IMG/VR virus record: IMGVR_UViG_2756170199_000003
Span: 1 to 64,000 of that record
Origin: a virus
Lineage: Duplodnaviria; Caudoviricetes
Direction: 5' to 3' (one strand)
DNA length: 64,000 nt
Below are positions 27,732 through 37,061 of the stretch, piece after piece. The stretch's first letter is position 1; every line of letters starts with the position of its first letter. The position numbers and the translations under genes are program-made. A model generated the notes under the pieces. The model was given only the letters and a program-made list of their open reading frames with translations. It did no database searches and was not told the origin of the DNA.

Positions 27732-27920
27732 CGTGATCTGCCTGTGCGTTCGCCATCAGGCGCATGGCATAGTGGGTACAACCTTCGCTGGCATCGACTT
27801 TCCCTCTGGCGCCGAATCCGCGTGCCATCACAAGCGCCTGTGTGGCGGAAAAGCGGCCCGCCGCACACAGCGAGAATGCCCGGGCATGCGCCTCAGGTTG
27901 AGTGTGAACAAGCGCCTGAC

Positions 27921-28304
27921 TCATCTGGCCGTTTCCATGGATCGTAGTCCTGCATGGTCCGTGTCCCGCTTGAATGCCCGAAGGTAGACGCGCACGGCGT
28001 CCAGATCGGGGAACTCATTGGCGTTCCACTGCTTCACGATCCGCTCAATCATGTCGCGCTCGATTGCAGTGATGTCGGCCATCTGCGCTGTTACCAGATG
28101 ACAGTGCAGTGGTGTATGCCGGGTATCGTGATGGGCACCAAAGGTCCGGTATGCCTTGACCCGTCCGTCACGGGAGACGGATGTCACACGCCCCAGTGCC
28201 CAGAATGTACGCGACTGGTATCCGTCCTTGACGTGGACTGACGACGCGGTCCCTTGCGTCACCACCACGTCGCCGCGCTTTGCCTTGATGCTGTCTTTGC
28301 TCAT
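27921..28304 (-). CDS. Hypothetical protein, paralogue 3 of a tandem triplet
   Basis: Shares W.L.RVT.V..DG....YR..G.H and ANEF motifs with the next two genes. Confidence 0.75.
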   Translation of the reverse strand: MSKDSIKAKRGDVVVTQGTASSVHVKDGYQSRTFWALGRVTSVSRDGRVKAYRTFGAHHDTRHTPLHCHLVTAQMADITAIERDMIERIVKQWNANEFPDLDAVRVYLRAFKRDTDHAGLRSMETAR

Positions 28305-28684
28305 GGCCTTGAACCCTGTACGCCGGACTTCTCCTTGAGGAAACTACGCACATAGGCATTCAGCAGATTGAAGTCCTCGAACTCATTGGCCTTCTCATCC
28401 TTCGCCAGTCGCGCAGCCATATCGCTTTCGATCGCCTGCATGTTGATACGATCAAGCCCGATACCGAAGCTGTCTCGCGCCGAGTCCCTTCGCACGAAAT
28501 GCTCGCCGAAGCGTCGGTATCCGGTCACGGAACCATCCTCACCAACCATCGTTACGCGCCCCAGTGTCCAGAAGCCCCCCGTGATTTCGGTTTCGTCGTC
28601 GCGAGTGACAGCCTCAAGGAAACAGGTTGCAAAAAGGCTGCCGCGAGTCGCCCGCTTGTTCACTCTTTTTGTTTCTTCACTCAT
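28301..28684 (-). CDS. Hypothetical protein, paralogue 2 of a tandem triplet
   Basis: Same motifs; ATGA overlaps. Confidence 0.75.
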   Translation of the reverse strand: MSEETKRVNKRATRGSLFATCFLEAVTRDDETEITGGFWTLGRVTMVGEDGSVTGYRRFGEHFVRRDSARDSFGIGLDRINMQAIESDMAARLAKDEKANEFEDFNLLNAYVRSFLKEKSGVQGSRP

Positions 28685-29061
28685 GCATCAGACTCCATTC
28701 TTTTTTCTTCGGCCATGAACGGCTTGACGTATTCCAGAACATGTTGAAGGGTCGGGAATTCGTTCGCATCTTCCTCCAGCCGTACCTTTGCGTTCATGTC
28801 GTGCTCGATAGCCGGAAGGTTGATGGTTGACACCGGCGCCACGATGTACTGGTCGGGCACGTTCCGGTTCACGTGATGGGCACCGCATTGCCGGTAGGCG
28901 CTCATCTGCCCATCAGGTGCTACGGCAGTCACGCGCGCAAGTGACCAGTAGCTGCGCATCATCCTGACTTCATCGTCCTCCGCGATGACCTCCAGGTGGT
29001 TCAGCACAACCATGTCGCCCCGGCGCACATCGATTTTTTTCGTTTCATCTTTTTCCATCAT
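28681..29061 (-). CDS. Hypothetical protein, paralogue 1 of a tandem triplet
   Basis: Same motifs; downstream of an AT-rich intergenic region. Confidence 0.75.
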   Translation of the reverse strand: MMEKDETKKIDVRRGDMVVLNHLEVIAEDDEVRMMRSYWSLARVTAVAPDGQMSAYRQCGAHHVNRNVPDQYIVAPVSTINLPAIEHDMNAKVRLEEDANEFPTLQHVLEYVKPFMAEEKRMESDA

Positions 29062-29174
29062 TTGTATTCCGTGATTTATTGTCTGATTACTTCACTGAAT
29101 TGCTCCTTTTCAGAAGATGAACGTTTTCAGTATTAATTGCGTTTTTGTTTTCAAACGAAATGCACGGGGATATC

Positions 29175-30089
29175 ATGGCCAGTCCATCTCCCTCCCATCT
29201 GCAACCCGTTTCGATCGGCATCGTCGCCGAGAACAAGCTGCCCTCAAGCAACGTGATCGAAGTCACCCCCATTGAGAAACTGCCGTTCGTCGACGGTGAG
29301 TTGACCCAGAGCGGCACAACGCTCTCGAGCTCGGGAACCGACGCCAACGGCGCGGCGTACAGCACCCAGGTAGCCTCATCGAATACCATCAAGGCCGAGT
29401 GGCTACGGGAAGGAGAATCGAACCGGATCAGTGCGCCAGACGTCAGACGCGGCGCGCGTGTGAAGCTGTACCAGTTTGCGGATTCAGACCGCTACTACTG
29501 GACAGTGTGTGGGGATGATTCGAACCTGCGTAAGCTCGAAACCGTCACGCATGCGTGGAGTGGCACGCGGGACGAATCGGCGCAACCCGATGAGTCGAAC
29601 AGTTATTTTTTTCAGGTGTCGACGCACAACGGGCTGATCACGCTTACGACCTCAAAGGCCAATGGAGAGCCATACGCGTATGGCATCCAGCTCAATACGA
29701 AGGAGGGGTATCTGCGTATCCAGGACGATATCGGAAACTATCTCGTCCTCGATTCAACGCAAAACCAGTTTGAAATCGGCAACGGCGACCAGTCGATCCT
29801 GCAGATGATGCAGACGAAGCTCAGCATCATGACGCAGGATGAGATTGATATCAAAACGACGCGCCTCAATATCCAGGCCGACACCACACACACCGGCAAC
29901 ATCACGGAGAATGGCGCGTTGCAGCTCAATGGTGACATGACGACGGCGCCGGGGGCGCAAGGCGGTGGCACCGGTCAGGTCAGCATCTCGGCAAACGTGA
30001 ACGTCAAGGGCAATGCGCAGATCACGGGGAATACGACGACGCAGAAGCTTACGTCACTCGAGGACATCGACGCACCTAACGTTGGGTGA
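29175..30089 (+). CDS. Baseplate central spike, gpV-like (phiKZ gp164-like)
   Basis: SIGIVAENK, AEWL...NRISAPDVRRG and RKLET motifs; C-terminal beta-helix-like Gly/Asn/Thr-rich repeats. Confidence 0.72.
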   Translation: MASPSPSHLQPVSIGIVAENKLPSSNVIEVTPIEKLPFVDGELTQSGTTLSSSGTDANGAAYSTQVASSNTIKAEWLREGESNRISAPDVRRGARVKLYQFADSDRYYWTVCGDDSNLRKLETVTHAWSGTRDESAQPDESNSYFFQVSTHNGLITLTTSKANGEPYAYGIQLNTKEGYLRIQDDIGNYLVLDSTQNQFEIGNGDQSILQMMQTKLSIMTQDEIDIKTTRLNIQADTTHTGNITENGALQLNGDMTTAPGAQGGGTGQVSISANVNVKGNAQITGNTTTQKLTSLEDIDAPNVG

Positions 30090-30177
30090 ACAACGCACGT
30101 CAGTGAGCCATGCACGGGCTCACCGAGGCACCGCCCAGCCAGGGTTCCCCCCGGCCAGACGAAACACCGGCGCTAAC

Positions 30178-30423
30178 CTACCCGCGCTTAATGAGGCGCA
30201 GAATGAACAGCAGGATTACGGCACCGATGACGGCCGTAATGATCGAGCCGATCCAGCCGCTGCCCAGCGAGATACCGAGAAGCCCGGAGAGCCATCCGCC
30301 AATGAACGCGCCGACAATACCGACGATGATATCGACGATGAGGCCGAATCCACCACCCTTGACCAGTACCCCCGCGAGCCATCCCGCGATCGCACCGACA
30401 ACCAGCCATGCAATGAAACCCAT
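30178..30423 (-). CDS. GlsB/YeaQ/YmgE family (transglycosylase-associated) membrane protein
   Basis: GAIAGWLAG..KGGGFG...IIVGIVGA.IGGWL...AVIGAVILL signature; strong RBS AAGGAGG. Confidence 0.92.
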   Translation of the reverse strand: MGFIAWLVVGAIAGWLAGVLVKGGGFGLIVDIIVGIVGAFIGGWLSGLLGISLGSGWIGSIITAVIGAVILLFILRLIKRG

Positions 30424-30535
30424 ACACCCTCCTTTGGTTTGTGACGAGGTCGGAAACAGTAACAGGGATAGCGTTACAGACAGCGGCGGAAATGTTAATC
30501 CTGGTCAGATGCCCTGGCGGATTTCCGGGAATTGA

Positions 30536-31012
30536 TCAGGTTGCCCGCGACAACGTCCCCAACGGTTCGAAAGAGTGAATGTGATCGCGAATGCTGGAGA
30601 GCGCATGGACGTCAACGGCGTTTCCCAGCCAGCGCGTGCACTGATCGATCGCGTAATCGACACGGGCAGCATTCTGCTCCCGTAAAGTCTCACCAATAAA
30701 TTGTGGTGTGACCATGCGGTCCTTGTCACCCGCATCGTAGTCGATCATGACCAGATACCCGGGTTTTTCCACAAGGTGGTGCAACCGGTCGACTGTCGCG
30801 TCAAGTTCGCTGTCGAAAGAACCCCAGAATTCCAGAGACAGATTAAGCCTGTCTGGGTCCTCCTGATGTTCAATGGTACCCTGGGTGAGTTCATGACTGA
30901 AGTCCAGTTCACAGTCCTCCAGCAGCGGCGCAAGGGCTGTCTCGATCGCATCGTCGGTTGTTCCCTTCTTCAGGAAAAGGGAACCTTGAAGACAGCATTG
31001 ATGTGCAGACAT
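30536..31012 (-). CDS. Hypothetical protein
   Basis: AAGGA RBS; plausible globular sequence. Confidence 0.6.
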   Translation of the reverse strand: MSAHQCCLQGSLFLKKGTTDDAIETALAPLLEDCELDFSHELTQGTIEHQEDPDRLNLSLEFWGSFDSELDATVDRLHHLVEKPGYLVMIDYDAGDKDRMVTPQFIGETLREQNAARVDYAIDQCTRWLGNAVDVHALSSIRDHIHSFEPLGTLSRAT

Positions 31013-31080
31013 TGTGTAGTCCTTTGTAAATAGCAGAGAATTAGCCTGGCCGGCTTCTGCGGTCAGGCGATGAAACCGGT

Positions 31081-32361
31081 TTAACTGCTGAACCAGTTGA
31101 TCTGGGTGCTGGTGAGAGCGAGCGTTGAAGATCCGAATGTCGCAGCGTTCGGCTGGCTGCCAACCGGATCATTCGGTGGCGCGGCGGACGTCGCGGCATT
31201 CGACGTGGGCTGGATGGCTGTCGTGCTCGTGGCCGCGCTCACGCCGGCGGCCGTCCCAGCGAGCGAGGGATCGACCGGCGCGGCGGTGTTGCGCAACGCA
31301 GGGTCAATGTAGGTCGTCGGGTACATGCTCTTGAGCAGGGAATCGACGCTCGTGACCCGGCTCGCTGCAGCGAGCCCGTAGAGCTGCGCGTTGGGGTCCG
31401 TGGTGCTAGCGACGCCGGCCGCCAGTGTGCTGTTGAAATCGCTGGTGCCGCCGATGATTGATGACAGATCAAGAGCGTCTTCACTTGCGCCTGCTCCCGC
31501 ACGGGTACAGACATTCCACGATGGCGCAGCCGTATCGAACACCGATGTCATCTGCAAGTAGGTCGACGAATCCAGCGCAGGCGTTGCCTGGATGACGCTC
31601 CCTGAGCCCGTGCGGTTGTAGGTCTGCGCGAACTGGGAAATCACACCTGGATTCACCGCGGCAATGCCTGCAGGGCCCGCGATTGCCGCGAGACTCTGCA
31701 GGCTGGCAAGATCGCCAGTGCGCACGAGCGCGGGCAGCGTCTGTTTGACGACCGCCGACAGTACGACAGGGTTCGATATCTGGCTCACCAGTGGCTGGAA
31801 GACGCCACCGACCCCCAGACTCGCGCACTGGTTGATCACCCCCGCGACCACACCGCCGAGCGCCTGGTTATCGATCATCATGAACGACGATGACCCTGAA
31901 AACGTGTTGATCAGCCTGCCCAGACTCTGGATATCGCCAATCGCACCGTTCGAGATGCTGCTCACTACGCCACCCACACTCGTCTGGACGCTTCCCACCA
32001 CCTGCGCGGAGGATCCAATGCTCGCCTGCACAGAAGGAGAAAGTGCAGAAAAGGCACTGTTGATCGTGCCCCCGCCCGTCACGGCCTGGACGAGTGTGTT
32101 CGAGGCGGTGAGCAGGCGGGCGATGGTGTTCTGCGGGTTCATGAGGAGCTGCCCGTTGGCAACCCCTTGCACGAGTGGCAATACCTTCGCAGCCGCGGCG
32201 CCCGCACGCAGCATGCCGATCAGGTTGACGTTGTACTTCGCGGCGAGGCTCTGAATCGAATTGACGATCCCGCCCGCCGTGCCGCTATAGACATCGACGG
32301 TGGCGAGACTGTCTGCCGGGCCGGTGAGAAAGCCCGGAGCGGCAAGTGTCCCGGATGACAT
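31081..32361 (-). CDS. Virion structural protein (phiKZ gp162/163-like)
   Basis: N-terminal TGP.D.LATVDVY motif; Ala/Ser/Gly-rich; AAGGAG RBS. Confidence 0.6.
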   Translation of the reverse strand: MSSGTLAAPGFLTGPADSLATVDVYSGTAGGIVNSIQSLAAKYNVNLIGMLRAGAAAAKVLPLVQGVANGQLLMNPQNTIARLLTASNTLVQAVTGGGTINSAFSALSPSVQASIGSSAQVVGSVQTSVGGVVSSISNGAIGDIQSLGRLINTFSGSSSFMMIDNQALGGVVAGVINQCASLGVGGVFQPLVSQISNPVVLSAVVKQTLPALVRTGDLASLQSLAAIAGPAGIAAVNPGVISQFAQTYNRTGSGSVIQATPALDSSTYLQMTSVFDTAAPSWNVCTRAGAGASEDALDLSSIIGGTSDFNSTLAAGVASTTDPNAQLYGLAAASRVTSVDSLLKSMYPTTYIDPALRNTAAPVDPSLAGTAAGVSAATSTTAIQPTSNAATSAAPPNDPVGSQPNAATFGSSTLALTSTQINWFSS

Positions 32362-32364
32362 GCC

Positions 32365-32928
32365 CTACTCCTTGCAGTGTTCGTGAACACGCGCCGGCAG
32401 AAAAGCGACGACCGGCGCCGGCGACCAGGTCCGGCCTTCCTTGAGGCAGCAGCGGATTTCCTCCATACCTGCGCACAGCCATCGCGAGATGCGCCCGTGG
32501 ATCTGGATCTGCTCCGGCCCGTACAGATAGTAGTACGTGAACGGGAGCGTCGAGCTCATCATCGCCTCGCGGATATCGCTGTTCTGGACGATGCGGTGAT
32601 AGTTGGCCTCGTTGATGATCTGGCTGAAGTTCTCCCGCCAGATCATCTTCTTTCCTTTCGCGTACGATCTTGCGCCGTTGCCGCAGAGCGTGCGAAGCGC
32701 GTCATCGGGCGTCTCGCATTTGATGTAATGCCAGAAGCCTTCCATCGACCGGAAAGGGCCGTAGACCGGATGCACGAATGGCGTGACGCTGTAATGCGCC
32801 AGCTTTCTGCCGAGTTCAGTCTGAGCCGCCGTCGAGATGTTGATGTGGGTGATGCCGTCCTCGCTGGGGCTCATCCCGGTTTCGCTGGCGTTCACAGCCG
32901 CGAAAAGGTCCTGAATTGTCATAGTCAT
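32365..32928 (-). CDS. Conserved jumbo phage protein (gp161-like), possible NADAR fold
   Basis: DGITHINI...TELGRKL...PF.HP.YGPF.SMEGFWHY and LPFTYYY motifs. Confidence 0.6.
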   Translation of the reverse strand: MTMTIQDLFAAVNASETGMSPSEDGITHINISTAAQTELGRKLAHYSVTPFVHPVYGPFRSMEGFWHYIKCETPDDALRTLCGNGARSYAKGKKMIWRENFSQIINEANYHRIVQNSDIREAMMSSTLPFTYYYLYGPEQIQIHGRISRWLCAGMEEIRCCLKEGRTWSPAPVVAFLPARVHEHCKE

Positions 32929-33689
32929 GATGCACCCTTCAGATTCTCTGGAGTCTCTGCGCATGGTCGCCGCGAGCGCGCCGTACCACCCGAAGGCATC
33001 TTGCCGTCCCGTTCATCGCGCACGTCCTCAGCGCTCTCCCGTGTCTGCTCCGCCGGTTCCGGAGCGCGCCCGAATTCGACCGTCGTGCCGTGTATCGAGG
33101 TGCGGCCGCTGAAATAGCGGCACTTCACCGAGAACTCCGCTTTATTGACCTGCAGAAACTGCAGGCCCTTCAGAAATACCTTGAAGGTCATCCCCTTGCC
33201 CCGGCGGGCAACGTAGCCACCAAGGAGTTCATTGAACCGCTCGAGCCCGACATCAAGATCGACCAGAATCTGGCGGTAGAAGTCGGCGAGAATATCGTTG
33301 GGATCCGCTACATCAGCGCGTGACAGATCGATCCTTGTCTTGTGGAGCGAAGTAGCGCCGGTGTCGTAATAACACTTGACGTAGAAGTCGATCTCCACGA
33401 CCTTCAGAAAGCGCATCCCCTTGAGATAGACGCTGAAGGTCATGCCGGGACGTTTGAGCTCCTTGGTGAGGTTGCCGCGCGCGACCGTGAGGTCCTTTGT
33501 ATTCTGGGCAATGCCATTTGCGGGATCCCTCACGTAATCACTCAGAAAATCGCTGAACCGTCCCGGGCCAACATCGAGTTCGATGAGCTGCTTGCGATAG
33601 AGGTTGGCGAGCACGCCGTTCGGTCCGGCAGTGCGCCGGACTGCGTTGTCGCCAGATCTGGGGATATGACCGAACTGTTGAATAGCCAT
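32925..33689 (-). CDS. Conserved phage protein with an internally duplicated domain
   Basis: ATG at 33689; two copies of LA..YR..L..LDVG..RF...L..YV...GMTF.V.LKG..FL.V. Confidence 0.65.
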   Translation of the reverse strand: MAIQQFGHIPRSGDNAVRRTAGPNGVLANLYRKQLIELDVGPGRFSDFLSDYVRDPANGIAQNTKDLTVARGNLTKELKRPGMTFSVYLKGMRFLKVVEIDFYVKCYYDTGATSLHKTRIDLSRADVADPNDILADFYRQILVDLDVGLERFNELLGGYVARRGKGMTFKVFLKGLQFLQVNKAEFSVKCRYFSGRTSIHGTTVEFGRAPEPAEQTRESAEDVRDERDGKMPSGGTARSRRPCAETPENLKGAS

Positions 33690-33793
33690 GTCCTGTCCTT
33701 GTAAAGTGCCTGTGGGATTGCCTGTGAAGCTGCGTGTTAAAAAGCCTGTGTACAAAGCGTGCTATGGTCAGTCATTGATCGACAGGGCCACGC

Positions 33794-34336
33794 TTACCGC
33801 CCGATCTGGTGACTCATGTCGATCAGCACGATCATGAGTCGCCTCAGGTTGACGAATATCCGCGTAAGCATGCGCAAGTTGTATTGATGGACGCCGGTTT
33901 CCGCGCCATCGCTTTCACGCATGAGGGTGCATAACATCAGCACCTCGCTTCTGAAGCGGGCGAGGTGCTCGGGCACATTGATGTAAAACCCTTCTTTCGA
34001 TTCGAAGAAGCGGTCGAGCGTCGTCGCGCTGCCCTCAAGCAGTGCCCATTGCGTTGAGAGCGGTACCCCGCTTGCGAGCCTTGAATTGATGGTCCGCAGT
34101 TCAGTGCAGTACTGCACGATCGTTCCGTAGAAGGGCTGGATGCCAAAACCAAACGAATCGGACAGACGGAAGTTCTGAAACCTGGCCGGCTCCAGACACT
34201 CGGTTAGCGCCTGAAGCGTTGCGCGCCCGGCTTGGTGCGCCGACAGCGCGCGCTCCTGCCTGATGAGTCTTGTCATGCGCCGTCCTGCGCGCTTGTCGCG
34301 ACACCAGTGCCTGAGTTGAATTCGCCACGACTGCAT
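33794..34336 (-). CDS. Hypothetical protein
   Basis: GAGGT upstream of ATG 34336; start uncertain. Confidence 0.55.
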   Translation of the reverse strand: MQSWRIQLRHWCRDKRAGRRMTRLIRQERALSAHQAGRATLQALTECLEPARFQNFRLSDSFGFGIQPFYGTIVQYCTELRTINSRLASGVPLSTQWALLEGSATTLDRFFESKEGFYINVPEHLARFRSEVLMLCTLMRESDGAETGVHQYNLRMLTRIFVNLRRLMIVLIDMSHQIGR

Positions 34337-34387
34337 GACAGACCTCGTGCGACGGCATGACGGCGCGCAACCGTCCATTAGTATGAT

Positions 34388-34936
34388 ATGTCGCTCAAAC
34401 CGGATTCACAGGGGATGGAAATGTCCAGCACCATTTCACCGTCAAAACGCGATGACGCTTCTCGGCACAAGGCACGCGAGGCCCCAGTGGTTGAAGTGCC
34501 CGATGACGATGACGGGGTACTTGACTACACATTGCGGCAGCGCCAGACCATCATCGTCACAATGGCCGGCGCGAAGGGAGAAAATCTGACCGACCTCTCT
34601 GCGCGCGAGCTCGACGTGATGCTGGCCGCACTCGATGGCATGGATCGCGTGGCGCTTGGCAGGAAACGGCTCAGATCGGAAAACATGGCGCTCGCGCGGC
34701 AGGCAGAAGCGGCCGCCATCATCGCGAGAGTGCTTGGCGCACCGGGAATCGCACAGGCTGGCCAGCAGGTATTGCTGCGGACGGGCACTTCCGGCAACCC
34801 CGCGCCGTTTGTCCCGGCCACTGCGATGCTTCCGGCGCATGTGCCGGAACCTGTGCTCGTGCCCGGCGAGGCCGACGTGGAAGCCGCGCAGATGAATGTC
34901 GATACGTTCATGGCGGGTTTCCGGTCTTTGGCATAA
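34388..34936 (+). CDS. Hypothetical protein
   Basis: LAALDGMDRVALGRKRL helix and LVPGE motif; ends at a terminator; start uncertain. Confidence 0.6.
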   Translation: MSLKPDSQGMEMSSTISPSKRDDASRHKAREAPVVEVPDDDDGVLDYTLRQRQTIIVTMAGAKGENLTDLSARELDVMLAALDGMDRVALGRKRLRSENMALARQAEAAAIIARVLGAPGIAQAGQQVLLRTGTSGNPAPFVPATAMLPAHVPEPVLVPGEADVEAAQMNVDTFMAGFRSLA

Positions 34937-34987
34937 CAGGGCGACACGCCTGCACCGGACAGAGTGGCCGGTGCAGGCGTTTATGCC
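34930..34987. terminator. Bidirectional terminator-like hairpin
   Basis: 13-bp perfect stem ACGCCTGCACCGG (34946-34958) / CCGGTGCAGGCGT (34968-34980), flanked by GGCATAA and TTATGCC, between convergent stops. Confidence 0.75.
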
Positions 34988-35718
34988 GCCGACGGAGCTA
35001 ACGTTGCGCCAGCAGGATCAGCGATACTGAAGTACTTCACGTCAATCAGCTCGAGCCCAACGAAACCCGACGTCAGCATCGTCATCGCGGCGAACGGGTG
35101 TGCGCCGTCGCGTATGAGCTCCTGCAACGTATTCGCGTCAGGTCTTCCATTGAAGTAGATGGCGGGCGCGATCACGTTGATATCCGCAAGAGAGGTCCTG
35201 CGAAAAGCCTCGGCATGCATGTCGAGCCACGCTTCATACTCATACATGAAGAGCAGGTCAAAATTGGACTTCACGAATAGCGGTGTGAGCTGCGTGGGTG
35301 CGTGACACACCATCTCCACAGGCGCAAGCCCCCCGCTCCAGCATGTGACGGCATCCTGCAACGCCACGAGCGTCGACGCATCGAGCCTGTAAGGCCAGGT
35401 GTTCACGAGAATGCACACGCCATCCAGATACGGGCGCATGCTAACGACCTGCGTCAGCGAGCGCATGAAATCGGCCAGCAGCATGGTCAGGGTCGTGATC
35501 GTCGAGCGTTTGAGCGTCTCGATGTCCCGTGCGCGGTAAAGCCTGCGAAAGACCTCCGTATCCACGCCATCGAAAACATCTTCCTCACGCTGGTGATAGT
35601 TTCCTGCCAGCGCCCGCGCGGCCAGAGCATCATCGATGCGCGCGATTGTCCCAAGACGCGTATCGAGCAGGCAGTCCAGCGCAATGAGGGCGCGGGCGAC
35701 ATTGGTTCGATCTGTCAT
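34981..35718 (-). CDS. Conserved phiKZ-like protein (gp147-like)
   Basis: ATG at 35718; LDCLLDTRLGT, VNTWPY and MYEY..WL motifs. Confidence 0.68.
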   Translation of the reverse strand: MTDRTNVARALIALDCLLDTRLGTIARIDDALAARALAGNYHQREEDVFDGVDTEVFRRLYRARDIETLKRSTITTLTMLLADFMRSLTQVVSMRPYLDGVCILVNTWPYRLDASTLVALQDAVTCWSGGLAPVEMVCHAPTQLTPLFVKSNFDLLFMYEYEAWLDMHAEAFRRTSLADINVIAPAIYFNGRPDANTLQELIRDGAHPFAAMTMLTSGFVGLELIDVKYFSIADPAGATLAPSAA

Positions 35719-35737
35719 GGCGAAAAAAATGGGAACG

Positions 35738-36364
35738 CTATGGGCCCGCCTGGCTGATGGTGCCACCGGTGCCGGTACCGGCAGATCCAACGCTACCACC
35801 ATCGCCACGCGCGGCTCTGGAGCCACGCCTGTTGCGAGGTGGCATTACGAACAGATGGATGAGCAGCAGCACGCTCAACCATTTGTTCTGCAGCAGTAGA
35901 TCCCCGGCGAGTTCCGGGTCCGGAAGCGATTCGTGAATTTCCTCGGGAGTGGCAACGAGACTCTGGCGCTGGGTTGCATGTGGTTGAGGTGCCGGTCGCG
36001 ATGAATGGAGAAAGCCCGAACTCTGGAAGAGATGGGGCGTATCAGCCGCTACCGCAAATGCAAGCGACTCGGCGAGATTCGCGTAGCGCTCGGGCGATGC
36101 CCCCCAGCGCGAGAAAAAGACAAAGACGATCATGAGGATGAAGTCGCACACATCCGGGTCCACAAAGACCAGATCGACCGCATGGTCGAGTCCTCTCGCA
36201 CTTGCGAGCAGATAGGGCTTCTCCGCGAGGATGAGTGACATCAGAAAATCCGTAAGCCTGTCGCGCATCTCCTCGTTGGGCCCCGTGATGTTGTTCAGGG
36301 CGAACTCCACACTCTCGGTAAAGATCATGGCAGTGTCGCGCCACTCGTCGGTCGTGAGAGACAT
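35738..36364 (-). CDS. Conserved phiKZ-like protein (gp148-like)
   Basis: ATG at 36364 after AAGGA; FFSRWG and NKWL motifs; sits between gp147-like and gp149-like genes. Confidence 0.6.
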   Translation of the reverse strand: MSLTTDEWRDTAMIFTESVEFALNNITGPNEEMRDRLTDFLMSLILAEKPYLLASARGLDHAVDLVFVDPDVCDFILMIVFVFFSRWGASPERYANLAESLAFAVAADTPHLFQSSGFLHSSRPAPQPHATQRQSLVATPEEIHESLPDPELAGDLLLQNKWLSVLLLIHLFVMPPRNRRGSRAARGDGGSVGSAGTGTGGTISQAGP

Positions 36365-36377
36365 GGTCAGTTTTCCT

Positions 36378-37061
36378 TTACAGCCCCTCCGCATCCAGAT
36401 GCATCGACAACAGCATGACGCGCAGCGCCTGGGTCGACTTCACGCCTCCACGAAAGGGTTCGATCGCTTTTTGCGAAGCGCCGCCCGTGCGGGCGAAACT
36501 CTCGTTCATGGCGTTGAAGCCCTGCGTGTCACCGCCGCGAAGGGTAATCAGTTCATGCAGACACTTGTCCAGATGGAAGGCCGCGAGCACCTGGGTCTCA
36601 GGAAAAGAAAGTTTGCTCGCTTCAGATTTGCCCGAAGGCTGGCCGGTCAGATCGTCGACACTCCGGTTGTCTTCCGGAATCGAGATCTTCTTCACCAGCA
36701 ACTGCGCCTGGCGGCACAGCGTCAGATCGCATATCAGGTAACGTACTGGCGAAAGATACGGGGGCGTGTCGTTATCGTTGTCGATCCAGATGCGCTCGAA
36801 AAAATTATGTCCAAGCTCATCGGCGATCGCCAGGTTGTTGGCGATCGTCACTTTCTCCTTTGAAAGATTGGGGGCAACGATGGCAAGCCGGATCTCGTGT
36901 CGCTCCAGCCTGCCCATGAACGCGTGAAATGCTGCATCATCCATGCCGGCAAACAGGTCCCGGTAGATCTTCGTGTTGCTGTCGGACCCCGGAATGAGCC
37001 TGCCGATATACTCAAGAAGGAACTTCTCTGTCTCCTTTCTTTTTCCGGTTGGCCTGTCCAT
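36378..37061 (-). CDS. Virion RNA polymerase beta subunit, C-terminal part (phiKZ gp149-like)
   Basis: RQAQLLVKKISIP, DDLTGQP, SKLSFPE and ELITLRGGD correspond to the beta C-terminal switch region. Confidence 0.82.
   Translation of the reverse strand: MDRPTGKRKETEKFLLEYIGRLIPGSDSNTKIYRDLFAGMDDAAFHAFMGRLERHEIRLAIVAPNLSKEKVTIANNLAIADELGHNFFERIWIDNDNDTPPYLSPVRYLICDLTLCRQAQLLVKKISIPEDNRSVDDLTGQPSGKSEASKLSFPETQVLAAFHLDKCLHELITLRGGDTQGFNAMNESFARTGGASQKAIEPFRGGVKSTQALRVMLLSMHLDAEGL

Noticed and set aside
27697-27924. 75-aa ORF between the paralogue triplet and sbcC
   Set aside because: It has an ATGA overlap with the upstream gene but no motifs and overlaps the sbcC start; too weak to call.
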